Source: Spirochaetia bacterium (GTDB lineage Bacteria > Spirochaetota > Spirochaetia > SZUA-6 > Bin103). Taken from it: 64,000 bases of DNA. This document shows, one piece after another, positions 54,474 to 63,851 of this stretch. The translations under genes and the position numbers were made by a program. A model generated the notes under the pieces. It had not been told where the DNA came from, made no database searches, and was given only the letters and a program-made list of their open reading frames with translations. Positions within the stretch are counted from its first letter, which is position 1. Every line of letters starts with the position of its first letter. The stretch covers positions 3,232,001 through 3,296,000 of the forward strand of contig OZ241863.1 of NCBI GenBank assembly GCA_965203055.1, read 5' to 3'.

Positions 54474-55682
54474 CTAATCGACCAGCGCCTGATAGGCGAG
54501 CACGCGGAAGTCTTCGGCCACCCGGAAGTAGCCCGCCGGTCGGACCTGCGCCAGGATGATGCCGATGAACTGTTCGCGCGGATCGATCCAGAAATAGGTA
54601 TTTGCGGCACCGGCCCAGCCATATTCGCCGGCCGAGCCGGGCCGGCCGCTCTGGCCGGGATCGAGCAGCACGCGCACCCCGAGTCCGTAACCGTAGCCGC
54701 GCTGCTCGCGGCCGCCTACCTCGAACGGGAGCAGCGCCGCGGGAAGCTGATTGGCAGTCATGCACTCGACCGTCTTGCGGCCCAGCACGCGCGCGCCATC
54801 GAGCGCGCCGTCGTTGAGCAGCATGGCGCAGAAGCGCAGGTAGTCGCCGGCGGTGGACACTAGGCCGTGGCCGCCGCGGAACGCCTGGTGCGGGCGGTAC
54901 TCCAGGTCGGTTGCCGGGTTGGAGATCCAGTCGAACCGGCCGGCGGCGGCGAGCTGCAGGGAGCGGCTCGCGCGCGCGTCTGCGGGGTCGCGGGCGCCGA
55001 TCATGGCGCTGAAGCGGTGCTGCTTGGCGGCGGGAACGAAGAAGCCGGTATCCACCATCCCCAGCGGGCCGAAGATGCGTTCCTGCAGGAACCGGTCGAG
55101 CGGCGCGCCGCTGATCACCTCGATGAGCCGCGCCGCCACGTCGTGGGACAGTCCGTAGCGAAACCGCGTGCCCGGCTCGAACGCCAGCGGCAGCGCCATG
55201 ATCTGCTCCACCAGCTCGGCAAGCGGCTGATCCGACAGGTGCGAGACGTGCCGCCGGTACAGCTCCTCCACCGGGCCATACTCCAACCAGGAGTAGGTGA
55301 GTCCGGCAGTATGGGTCAGCAGGTCGTGAATGGTCACTTCCCGCCGCGGGACGCCGCCGGCGTAGACCCGGACGTCGGCGAACCCGGGGATGAAGCGCGA
55401 CACCGGATCGGCGAGCTGAAAGCGCCCCTCCTCGTAGAGCGCCAGCAAGGCGGTGCAGACGATCGGCTTGGTCATGGAGTAGATGCGGAAGATGGCGTCG
55501 TCGCGCATCGGCTCCCCGCCCGGCCCCAGCGCGCCGAAGCTGCGCTGGTGCAGCAGCTCGCCGCGGCGGTACACCGCGGTGACGATGCCGGGGATCGGCG
55601 TGGTATCGACGTAGCGCTGCATCGCGTCATCGATGCGGCCCAGCCGGCTCAGGGAAACCCCGGCCCTCACGGCTTCACTCAT
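54474..55682 (-). CDS. Serine hydrolase (beta-lactamase/esterase family VIII-like)
   Basis: Start ATG 55682; IFRIYSMTK (SxxK), LLTHTAG, FRYG and WAGAANT. Confidence 0.9.
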   Translation of the reverse strand: MSEAVRAGVSLSRLGRIDDAMQRYVDTTPIPGIVTAVYRRGELLHQRSFGALGPGGEPMRDDAIFRIYSMTKPIVCTALLALYEEGRFQLADPVSRFIPGFADVRVYAGGVPRREVTIHDLLTHTAGLTYSWLEYGPVEELYRRHVSHLSDQPLAELVEQIMALPLAFEPGTRFRYGLSHDVAARLIEVISGAPLDRFLQERIFGPLGMVDTGFFVPAAKQHRFSAMIGARDPADARASRSLQLAAAGRFDWISNPATDLEYRPHQAFRGGHGLVSTAGDYLRFCAMLLNDGALDGARVLGRKTVECMTANQLPAALLPFEVGGREQRGYGYGLGVRVLLDPGQSGRPGSAGEYGWAGAANTYFWIDPREQFIGIILAQVRPAGYFRVAEDFRVLAYQALVD

Positions 55683-55796
55683 CCCTGCCAAGGATAGGCT
55701 CACGCCGGGGCCGGCGGCTACCGCGTGCAAGGGTCCGGCGTCGCGCCGGCCGGCGCAGCCGTTCGTGTTACTATGGTGGGATAGGGAGCGCGGGGG

Positions 55797-55980
55797 ATGA
55801 TCAAGTACGTAACGGGCGATCTGTTGGCGGCGGAGTGTGAAGCGTTGGTCAACAGCGTCAACTGCGTCGGCGTCATGGGCCGCGGCGTCGCGCTCGCGTT
55901 CAAGCGCCGGTTTCCCGCCAACTTCAAGGCGTACAAGGCAGCCTGGCGACTGGGGTGAACTCGAGCCCGGCCGGATGTTA
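55797..55980 (+). pseudogene. Truncated macrodomain (DarG-like N-terminus)
   Basis: [49 protein letters not shown], stop at 55956-55958. The continuation GELEPGRML is in a shifted frame. Confidence 0.8.
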
Positions 55981-56673
55981 GGGGGACGAAACTCGATCTC
56001 CGGGAGGCGTTTCCACCGCCACAGATTCGCTACTTTCAAGGAGGATACGTAGCGGTCGTCTACGTGGACGAATTACCCGCGGATCGGAAGTACGTCTTCT
56101 ACCGCGGGGAGGCGTGGAAACGCGTGCTGACCGGGGAGCACCGGCTGACGGAGGCGGAGATCGAACGACAGGAGGAGTACCGGGAAGAGTCGTGGCATGC
56201 CCGAGGAAGTGTTGCGGGAGACGGTGAACAACGCGTTGGCCCACCGCGACTATTCCATCGACAAGCAGGCGATCATATCGATCAGGCCCGGCCATCACGT
56301 CTCCATCCGCAATCCCGGATCATTCCGCCCTCACCTGCTCATCGAACATCCGGACGATCCCATCCCGCTGCGCCGGATCATGCCCGAGGCCAAGGCGCGC
56401 AACCCCAAGCTGGCGGACGTATTGCGGGTCTACCGGAAATGGGAAGGCAAGGGCGTCGGCATGGCTACGCTGGTGAACCTGTGCCTGGAGAACCGGATCG
56501 ATCTTCCCGCTTACCGCTTCTACAGCGAAGAGGTGCGCCTCTTCCTGAACGCCGGCCCGCTGCTCGGAAATCGGATCGACACCCTGATCGAATCGTTCGA
56601 CGCCTACATCGCCGGCAAGCTGGCGGGCGGTCTCTCCGACGAACAGAAGCTGGTGCTGGCGTACCTGATGAAG

Positions 56674-58076
56674 GAGATATTGTCAAGTCTTGTGGATTGA
56701 GAATCAGCGAGCGCATCTCCATCGTTCTGTCGTCTCTCTAAGCCGCTGCCTCCGTCAGCTCGCCGTCTACGAATTCACGCCCTTCCATCACTAGGGGTAT
56801 GAGTTTGAAGCCCATCAGCCGGCGCCACCTCCGCTGCGCTTCCAGCGCCAGCTTCCAGACCATCGTCAGCGTCGCCGCCCGCGACCCGCAGCCCTTCGTC
56901 CGCTTCGTCCGCAGCCGCACCGTCGCATACGTCGACTCGATCGGGTTGCTGGTCCGCAGATGGGTCCAGTGCGCCGCCGGAAACCCATAGAAACTGAACA
57001 GCGAGCCTTCATCCTTGCGCAGGCTGGCGACCGCCTTCGGGTACTTCGCCTCCCACGCCGTGCAGAACTGGTGGTAGGCGCTGGTAGCATGCTCCAACGA
57101 CGGCGCTTGCCACATCTCGCGGATCATCGTCTTCGCCCGCCCCTGCACCGACTGCGGCATCTTGTCCAGCACGTTGCCGGCCTTGTGGAACCAGCAGGTC
57201 TGTTCCTCCGTTCCCGGATACACCTCCCGCAGCGCCGCCCAGAACCCCAACGCCCCGTCCGCCGTCGCCAGCCGCGGCCCCTTCGTCAGCCCCCGTCGCC
57301 GCAGGTCCAACAGCAGCTCACACCACGCCGTCTTGCTCTCCCGGTAGCCGTCGCTGACCGCCACCACTTCCTTGCGCCCCTGCTCGTCGGCGCCCATGAT
57401 CACCAGGATGCAACTGCGCTCCTCGTCCAGCCGCACGTTCACGTGCAGGCCGTCGGCCCAGAAGTACACGTACCTCTTGCCGCTCAGATCACGCTGCGTC
57501 CACTCCTGGTACTCCGCTTCCCACACCTTCTTCAGCCGCACCACGTTGGTCGCGCTCAGCCCTGCGGCCTGCTCTCCCAGGATCGCCGCCAGCGCCTGCG
57601 AGAAGTCCCCGCTCGATACCCCCTTCAGGTACAGCGTCGGTATCAGGCTGTCCACACTCGGCGTCCGTCTCGCGTAGCGCGGCAGGATCGCGCTGCTGAA
57701 CCTCGACTCTCCCTGCTTGGCGAGCTGGCGGTCATCGACCCGCGGCTGCCGGATCGGGATCGGACCGATCCCGGTGACCAACGAGCGCTTCGGCAGATGG
57801 CCGTTGCGGACCGCCAGCCGGTGGCCGTGCTGATCCCGCTGGTCAGCGTACCGCGCCAGGAACTCGTCCACTTCCGCCTCCAGCGCCGCAGCCAGCATCT
57901 GCCGCGCTCCGGCGCGTACGATCTCATCCAGAATGGCACCAGGACCTTGAGGACCTTGAGCCTCGGTGGTCCTGCCGGTATTGTTCTCCACGAGCGTACT
58001 CCTCCTGATTCGTGGTTGAATCGTTCTTGGGAGGATGCGCTCTTTTCATCCCATCCACAACTTCCGGTTATATCTC
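56674..58076 (-). mobile_element. IS256-family insertion sequence, complete (1403 bp)
   Basis: Imperfect IRs GAGATATTGTCAAGTCTTGTGGAT (from 56674) and ATCCACAACTTCCGGTTATATCTC (to 58076). 9-bp target duplication CTGATGAAG at 56665-56673 and 58077-58085. Confidence 0.92.
56738..57991 (-). CDS. IS256-family transposase
   Basis: RNGHLP, LYLKGVS, YFWADG, ADGALGFW, CWFHK and RTSNPIES; AGGAGGAG RBS. Confidence 0.95.
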   Translation of the reverse strand: MENNTGRTTEAQGPQGPGAILDEIVRAGARQMLAAALEAEVDEFLARYADQRDQHGHRLAVRNGHLPKRSLVTGIGPIPIRQPRVDDRQLAKQGESRFSSAILPRYARRTPSVDSLIPTLYLKGVSSGDFSQALAAILGEQAAGLSATNVVRLKKVWEAEYQEWTQRDLSGKRYVYFWADGLHVNVRLDEERSCILVIMGADEQGRKEVVAVSDGYRESKTAWCELLLDLRRRGLTKGPRLATADGALGFWAALREVYPGTEEQTCWFHKAGNVLDKMPQSVQGRAKTMIREMWQAPSLEHATSAYHQFCTAWEAKYPKAVASLRKDEGSLFSFYGFPAAHWTHLRTSNPIESTYATVRLRTKRTKGCGSRAATLTMVWKLALEAQRRWRRLMGFKLIPLVMEGREFVDGELTEAAA

Positions 58077-58586
58077 CTGATGAAGGCGCAGTGGGCCGAT
58101 GAACGGTACCAGTACACGATCCTGCTGACGCCGGACAAAACCACTTCGAGCAGCTGCTGGCGCTGGAGCGGGTCGGGTTGATCGTCAGACATCCGCGCAG
58201 CACGGTCACGCGGCCGGTGTTCGTCGTCGATCAGGCGCTGATGCAGTCGGACTACCGAGACGACCTGGAGCGGATCTTCGGTGACCTGCGGTCGGTCGAT
58301 CCGCGTTCGAGGCGATGTCTGAACGTCCTGTGGCGCTATGGCCGGTTCTCGTCGGCCGGGGCGGCGACCGCAAAGAAGACCGCCTTCTCGCTCTGGTACG
58401 AAGACCACGGAGAGATTCAGGACATCAAGGAGTTCGATCGCTTCTACCGGCAGGTCCGCTACACCTTCAACAAGCTGGAGCGAGGCGACTATATCGTGCG
58501 CGCCGGCCGCGGCGGCTTCGTGCTCAACCAGAAGTATCGCGCTGATCGCCTGCTTTGAGTATGGTCGCTTGCTGGTCCAACCTGCG

Positions 58587-59978
58587 CTATCTCAGGCCGG
58601 CCATTACGTCGCCGGCGTCCACCAGGTGCACGCCGGTCGAGGCATCGATCTTGACCGCCGCCTCGGGCACGAACAGCGCGCTGACCACTTCCAGGCCGGC
58701 CGCTCCGGGCAGGGCTTCGGCGCCGGGGCGCGGTCCGGCGCGAGACACGGCGCCGCTGCGCGCTGACCACTTCGCCTCGCCCACCAGCAGCCGCCTGCCG
58801 TCCACCGACCGTGCCACGATGTCGAACTCCGGGGCGTTGCCGCGCCAGTAGCGCCGCGCCGGCTCCCACGGTCCCAGGCGGCCCAAAGGAGTATCGCACC
58901 GGTGCAGCACGGGGACCGCCATGCGGCACAGCTCCTCCCACGCGTACGCCTCCAGTCCCGGCCGGAGCCGGGCCCAATAGCGGAGCCGGGTGTCGCGCGG
59001 CGCCTCCGCCAACGCCGCGCGGTGCGGGGCGACGACGGCGAACCACAGGCGCAGAAACGGATCGTCGATGCCGTAGAGGCTGCGCTTGCCCGAAGCCGGA
59101 CTGCTCCCGAACGGGACCTCGCGACGCACGAAGTTCATCTCCATGAGGGCGGCCAGTTGCCGCGACAGGCTCGACGCCGGCCGCCCGAGCCGGCCCGCGA
59201 TCTCGCTGATGCGGCGGGCGCCCGCGCCGATGACGTCCAGCAGCGGCCGCAGGGCGGTGGCCGGCGGCGTTTCGGCCCGCAACAGGCGGTCCGGTTCTTC
59301 GTGCAGCGGCCCGGCAGGATCGAGGATCAGGTCGTCGACCGCCGCCTCGAAGTCGCCTCCGTACGGCTCGGCGAGCTCCCAGTAGCGCGGCATGCCGCCC
59401 CAGATCGCGTAGCCGGAAACCAGGGCACGAGGCGGCGCCGCGGTGAATACGTCGGCCAGGTATCCCGGTCTGAGCGGGCGCACCGCGAACGCTTCCACGG
59501 CGCGGCCGTACAGGGGGGCGGCGGCGCTCAGCACCGCGCCGTGCATCATGCGCAGGCTCGACCCGCTGACCACCAGGCACGGCCGCCAGGCGCGCCCGTC
59601 CAGCCAGTTCTGCAGGACCGCGCTCACCGGCGGATCGGCGGCGATCAGATACGGCAACTCGTCCAGGATGAACGGTCCCGGCCAGCGCGCGTCCGCGGCG
59701 GCGGCCGCGAGGCGCCGGAAGAAGGACCGCCAGTCCGGGTACTCGACGTCCGCGAACCCCGAGAACCGTTCGGCGACCGCGGCGGCCAGGTAGCGCCGCT
59801 GCACCGCGGGCGCCGACTGATCCGCGACGGTGTAGAGGCCGTCGCGGCGCCGTGACCACTCGATGAGCAGCCGCGACTTGCCTACGCGCCGCCGCCCCCA
59901 GATGGCCGCGAACGCGCCGGACGACCGCGCCGCACGGTTGAGCCGCCGCAACTCGTCGCGACGATCGAGGAACTCCAT
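58587..59978 (-). CDS. Archaeal-type ATPase (ATPase_2) with wHTH and DUF234/nuclease C-terminus
   Basis: FLDRRDEL, GRRRVGKS, ILDELPY, GGMPRY, DPFLRLWF and EFDIV..GEAKW. Confidence 0.88.
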   Translation of the reverse strand: MEFLDRRDELRRLNRAARSSGAFAAIWGRRRVGKSRLLIEWSRRRDGLYTVADQSAPAVQRRYLAAAVAERFSGFADVEYPDWRSFFRRLAAAAADARWPGPFILDELPYLIAADPPVSAVLQNWLDGRAWRPCLVVSGSSLRMMHGAVLSAAAPLYGRAVEAFAVRPLRPGYLADVFTAAPPRALVSGYAIWGGMPRYWELAEPYGGDFEAAVDDLILDPAGPLHEEPDRLLRAETPPATALRPLLDVIGAGARRISEIAGRLGRPASSLSRQLAALMEMNFVRREVPFGSSPASGKRSLYGIDDPFLRLWFAVVAPHRAALAEAPRDTRLRYWARLRPGLEAYAWEELCRMAVPVLHRCDTPLGRLGPWEPARRYWRGNAPEFDIVARSVDGRRLLVGEAKWSARSGAVSRAGPRPGAEALPGAAGLEVVSALFVPEAAVKIDASTGVHLVDAGDVMAGLR

Positions 59979-59984
59979 GGGCGT

Positions 59985-60019
59985 ATTATACCGCTCAGCA
60001 TTATGCTGACTTGCATAAT
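59985..60019. promoter_or_regulatory. -10 box and palindromic operator upstream of the DUF234 ATPase
   Basis: Minus-strand TATAAT (59985-59990) lies 6 nt before ATG. Palindrome ATTATGC-N6-GCATAAT at 60000-60019. Confidence 0.55.
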
Positions 60020-60068
60020 AGTGGGGCGGGGCGGCGCGGTTATGGCCGTTTCGGTTATGCTGTCCGTC

Positions 60069-60812
60069 ATGGGACGATTGACGGTACCGGCTCTGGCCGT
60101 GATGTTGGCACTACTGTGGTGCTCGGCCTGCGCGGGGGCGGCCCCGACCCCGGACCCGGCTCCCGCGGACCCGGCGCCGGCGGCCCCCGCGGGTCCGGCC
60201 CCCGCGGACCCGGCGGCTCCGGCTCCGACCGAGGCTCGCTACCGGGTCACGTTCACCTCCACCTGGAGCGCGGCGACCCACCCGCGGAACTTTCCCCGCG
60301 GTCCGCACTTCTCCGGTCTGGTCGGCGCGACGCACGGGGACATCCGCATCTGGCAGTCCGGCAAGGTCGCCACCGGCGGCATGGAGCAGATGGCGGAGAC
60401 CGGCGGCAAGAGCCGGTTGCTGGGCGAGATAGATCAGCTTATCGAGCGTGGTTCCGCGCACGCCCGACTTTCCGGCGGCGGACTGTCGACCTCGCCGGCA
60501 ACCGTCAGTCTGGAGTTCACCGCCGTCTCCTCGCATCCGTTCGTGACCCTGGTCAGCATGCTGGCGCCGAGCCCTGACTGGTTCGTGGGCGTATCCGCGC
60601 TGCCGCTGATGGAGGACGGAGCCTGGAAGGCGCGCGTGGAGGTGGCGCTCGTCGTCTACGACGCCGGCACGGACGACGGCGCGGTGTTCACCGCCGCCAA
60701 CGCCGATTCCGATCCGGCCGAGCCGATAGCCGCGCTGACCAGCGACCCGGACGATACCGACTTCTCCGCGGGCAAGCCCGCCGTGGGTACCTTCGTCTTC
60801 GAACGGCTCTAG
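60069..60812 (+). CDS. Spondin_N domain secreted protein or lipoprotein
   Basis: Signal with CSAC; Pro/Ala linker; YRVTFTSTWS..HP..HFS..H, MAETG, SMLAPSPDWFVG and YDAGTD. Confidence 0.85.
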   Translation: MGRLTVPALAVMLALLWCSACAGAAPTPDPAPADPAPAAPAGPAPADPAAPAPTEARYRVTFTSTWSAATHPRNFPRGPHFSGLVGATHGDIRIWQSGKVATGGMEQMAETGGKSRLLGEIDQLIERGSAHARLSGGGLSTSPATVSLEFTAVSSHPFVTLVSMLAPSPDWFVGVSALPLMEDGAWKARVEVALVVYDAGTDDGAVFTAANADSDPAEPIAALTSDPDDTDFSAGKPAVGTFVFERL

Positions 60813-60853
60813 ATATAGAGAAATAGAGCGAACCACGTGGCCGCGCGCCGGCG

Positions 60854-62923
60854 TCAGATGGCGCGCAGGTCGTCGAGGAACTCCGAGGCGGGCTCGACTC
60901 CGGTAACCAGGAGATGATCACGGGCGCGGGTGCACGCCACGTACAGCAGGTGCCGTTCGGTGGCGTAGACGTCTTCCAGGTCGGCGGGGTCGCCGACGTT
61001 CGCCAGTCTCGCCGGCGACGGCAGCACCTCGTCGTCGCAGGCGATGACCGCCGCGGCGCGGAACTCCAGGCCCTTCGCCGCGTGCATGGTGCCCACCGCC
61101 ACCGAGCCTGAGACACCGCCGGCGCGCCGGCGCAGATCGACCGTGGAGAACCCTGCCGCGCGCGCGGCTGCGGCGGCCCGCTCCAGTTCGGCGTTCGATC
61201 TGACGAGCAGGCCGATCTCGTGGGGCGCGTAGCCGGCCTGCTTCCGCTCGGCCAGCCACTCGGCGATGACCGCGCGTTCCTCCTCCGGCGAGCCGAGGAT
61301 GGCGACGACCGGTTCCGCGCCGTTGAACACGGAGACGGTGCCGGCGCGCCGCTCGGCGTTGCCGTCCACGTCCGCGATCTCGCCCGGCAGGAGGCGGTCC
61401 GCCTGCCGCCGGATCTGGTGGGAGGTCCGGTAGTTGACCCGCAGGGTGTGGGAGCGCCCTCGGACGTCGATCCCGAGCGCCCGCCAGGAGAACGGCGTCC
61501 GAAAGATCCGCTGCCCCAGGTCGCCGGCGAAGAACAGGCCGTCCGGGCGCCGGGCGCCGAGGGCGGCCAGCAGCCGCAGCTCGGCCACGCCGAGGTCCTG
61601 CGCCTCGTCGACGACGCAGAACTCGAACGGCGGATGCGCGAGCTGCGCGCACTGCCGCTCCAGTCGGGCGAACAGCCGCGGCTCGGTCAGCAGCCCGCGT
61701 TCGTCGAGCGCAGCCGACACCTGCGCGAAGATCGACCACAGCGCGGCGCGCTGCCGTTCGGAGAGGCGGGTCTTGCGGCCGAGGCGCGGTACGTCCCGAT
61801 ACTGCTCCCAGGTCGCAAGCTGCCAGGCGTCCACCACCTGGTTCCACTCTGTCCGGAGGAAGTGCGCGCTGAACGTGTTCCCTTCGGCCTGGGCCGCGGC
61901 GCGCCGCAGGAACTCTTGCACCTGCTCGTCGGCCGCCAGCTCGGCGCGGCCGCAGTGCGCCCGATAGAGGCGGCGCGCGACGTCGCTCAGCGAGCTGACT
62001 TCGAGGCGCTCGGCGAGCTTCGGCTCGTGGGCGATCAGGCGCGTCAGGCGAGCGCGCAGCGCGTCCGCGAGCGCCGTTGAGAAGGTGGCCAGCAGGACGC
62101 GCGAGCCGGGATGGGCGCGCGCCAGATGGACCGCGCGGTGCAGCGCGGCGATGGTCTTGCCGGTCCCGGCGGACCCCGATACGCGCGCCGGGCCGCGGTA
62201 CTTTCGTTCCACCACCTGCCGTTGCGCCGGATGCAGGAAGACCATCCACTGCTCCCACGGATATTCGAGGGCGCGCCGCAGTTCCTCGTGATTGGCCATT
62301 ACCCGGAAGCGGCGCTGCGCGTCGGGATGGGCGAACGGGTCGGTATCCGCGGCCGCGCGGGCCGGCCGCTCCGGCGTACCGCCGGTGGCCAGCTCCAGCA
62401 GCGCCTCGGCGGCCTCCGCCGGCAGATGAGCGGCCAGCGCCAGCAGCGCATCCTCGCCGGTGACCTGCCGGACGTCGGCCAGCCACTCGGCGGGAACGCC
62501 GTAGTCCAGCAGCCGGTCGTCCGCGATTCCGGAGAAGACCGGCCGCGCCGCCTCCTCCGCAGCCACGTACCGCGGCACCGCGACGTCGCGCACCACTTCG
62601 CGGACTTCGACGAGCTGCGCCGCTCCCGTGTTGGGGTGCCGTTCGATGCGCCGGCGCTCCGCCCAGCGATACGCGGCGTCGTGCTCGCCGACGTAGCAGA
62701 GCAGCAGATCGGCGGCGGTCTTGTGCACGATCATGCGCAGCCCGCGGCTCACCCGCACCGACCAGAAGTTCCGGTCGCGGGCGCCCTCCACCCGGTGGAA
62801 CCGCATCCCCGGCCGCGCGGGGTCGAGCTGCAGGTCGAACGCCGTGGTCTTGGCCGCGCGCTGCTCCTCGCCCGGCAGGCGCGCCAAGCTCTCGGTAAAG
62901 GTATCGGCAATGCGGAATTGCAT
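60854..62923 (-). CDS. UvrD-like SF1 helicase with N-terminal RelE/ParE-like domain
   Basis: N-terminal F..SLARL...FHRV..FWSVRVSRGLRMIV..LCYVGEHDAAY; GSAGTGKT, VDEAQD, NYRT, HAAKGLEF and YVACTRAR. Confidence 0.85.
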   Translation of the reverse strand: MQFRIADTFTESLARLPGEEQRAAKTTAFDLQLDPARPGMRFHRVEGARDRNFWSVRVSRGLRMIVHKTAADLLLCYVGEHDAAYRWAERRRIERHPNTGAAQLVEVREVVRDVAVPRYVAAEEAARPVFSGIADDRLLDYGVPAEWLADVRQVTGEDALLALAAHLPAEAAEALLELATGGTPERPARAAADTDPFAHPDAQRRFRVMANHEELRRALEYPWEQWMVFLHPAQRQVVERKYRGPARVSGSAGTGKTIAALHRAVHLARAHPGSRVLLATFSTALADALRARLTRLIAHEPKLAERLEVSSLSDVARRLYRAHCGRAELAADEQVQEFLRRAAAQAEGNTFSAHFLRTEWNQVVDAWQLATWEQYRDVPRLGRKTRLSERQRAALWSIFAQVSAALDERGLLTEPRLFARLERQCAQLAHPPFEFCVVDEAQDLGVAELRLLAALGARRPDGLFFAGDLGQRIFRTPFSWRALGIDVRGRSHTLRVNYRTSHQIRRQADRLLPGEIADVDGNAERRAGTVSVFNGAEPVVAILGSPEEERAVIAEWLAERKQAGYAPHEIGLLVRSNAELERAAAAARAAGFSTVDLRRRAGGVSGSVAVGTMHAAKGLEFRAAAVIACDDEVLPSPARLANVGDPADLEDVYATERHLLYVACTRARDHLLVTGVEPASEFLDDLRAI

Positions 62924-62930
62924 TCGCGCT

Positions 62931-63851
62931 CCGGTTATACGCTCATCAGTTCGAATTGTTCTGCAGATCGGCGGCGCGACTGCGGCATGAGGTCAGCGGT
63001 CACGCCCGACAACGTCGATCAACTGAATGAGACTTGCCCTCTGTTCAGGCGGTACGTGGCGAGAGTAGCGTCGGAACTCCAGACCCGCATTGATCGCGGC
63101 GGTTACCTGGTCGTATCCCTCATGTTCTCCCTGAACCGGCGTACCGTAGTTAATAGCGAACCAGCGACGGACTTCCGACCAGCGCCACAGGCGATAACGT
63201 GTCCGAGGATCGGTTACGGGCGCCGGGAATCCTCCCGGCCCGCGCTCATTCGTGACAAGTAAGCGAACACTCTCGCGAGTACGACGGGTACGTGCGGCGA
63301 TGTCAGCCATGGAAACAAGCCCGCCGCCAGCCAGCCGAATCACTTCGACATCGGGAAGGCGTTCTACGTCCGCGATTGCCGACAGAATAGCCGTCTCCGG
63401 ACTCGGGGCCTTCCGATCGAAATCCAAGTACTGTATTCCGTCGGTACGACCGACAAGTGCATCATCACATCCGTTTTCAAAAAGAACGTCTATGGCCGCA
63501 TCACTTTGCAGATCAGGACCTTCCACTATTAGAGTAAACTGGTAAGAAGACATGTAGTGCACTGATATGCTCCCTCCTCAGATGGAAATATCTCATCGCC
63601 GTTCTGACCTAAGCGGCAACTCCCACCAGTACAACGGTGTGTGGGCATGCCCCGATGTTGGTCGACGAACAGATGCATGGTGCAAAGATGCCATGCTATG
63701 TTGTTCTATGTCAACACCGCTCACTCACTCATCGGAACCAATGCAGCGCGCTGTGCTCGGAGCACCTGCTCTCACTTGGTGCCGCAGCCATCGTGCACCT
63801 TGGTACCGGCTGGTGCCGTGCGACGGCAGGCACCGGTTATACGCTCGTCAG
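62931..63851. repeat. 19-bp direct repeat (1 mismatch) bracketing a ~0.9 kb lower-GC insert
   Basis: CCGGTTATACGCTCATCAG (62931-62949) and CCGGTTATACGCTCGTCAG (63833-63851). Confidence 0.75.
62993..63562 (-). CDS. Putative DNA-binding protein (ferredoxin-like N-terminus + AlpA-like HTH)
   Basis: YQFTLIV..LFENGCDDAL..LDFDRKA; LVSMADIAARTRRTRESVRL..FPAP..LWRWSEV; GGAG RBS; TTGACA upstream at 63709-63714. Confidence 0.7.
   Translation of the reverse strand: MHYMSSYQFTLIVEGPDLQSDAAIDVLFENGCDDALVGRTDGIQYLDFDRKAPSPETAILSAIADVERLPDVEVIRLAGGGLVSMADIAARTRRTRESVRLLVTNERGPGGFPAPVTDPRTRYRLWRWSEVRRWFAINYGTPVQGEHEGYDQVTAAINAGLEFRRYSRHVPPEQRASLIQLIDVVGRDR

Larger units (their letters stand above)
55985..58558 (+). 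pseudogene. Decayed AlbA/HATPase_c_4-type ATP-binding gene interrupted by IS256
   Basis: RETVNNALAHRDY..RNPG..ARNPKLA..EGKGVGM precedes the IS. The reading YLMK|AQWA continues across the target duplication. There are further frame breaks near 56200 and 58137. Confidence 0.72.

Noticed and set aside
54474..55682. Antibiotic-resistance beta-lactamase
   Set aside because: The SxxK esterase-type family, lack of a signal peptide and catabolic context give no support for a resistance function.
55797..55980. Functional DarTG toxin-antitoxin system
   Set aside because: The macrodomain is truncated and frameshifted, and no darT is adjacent.
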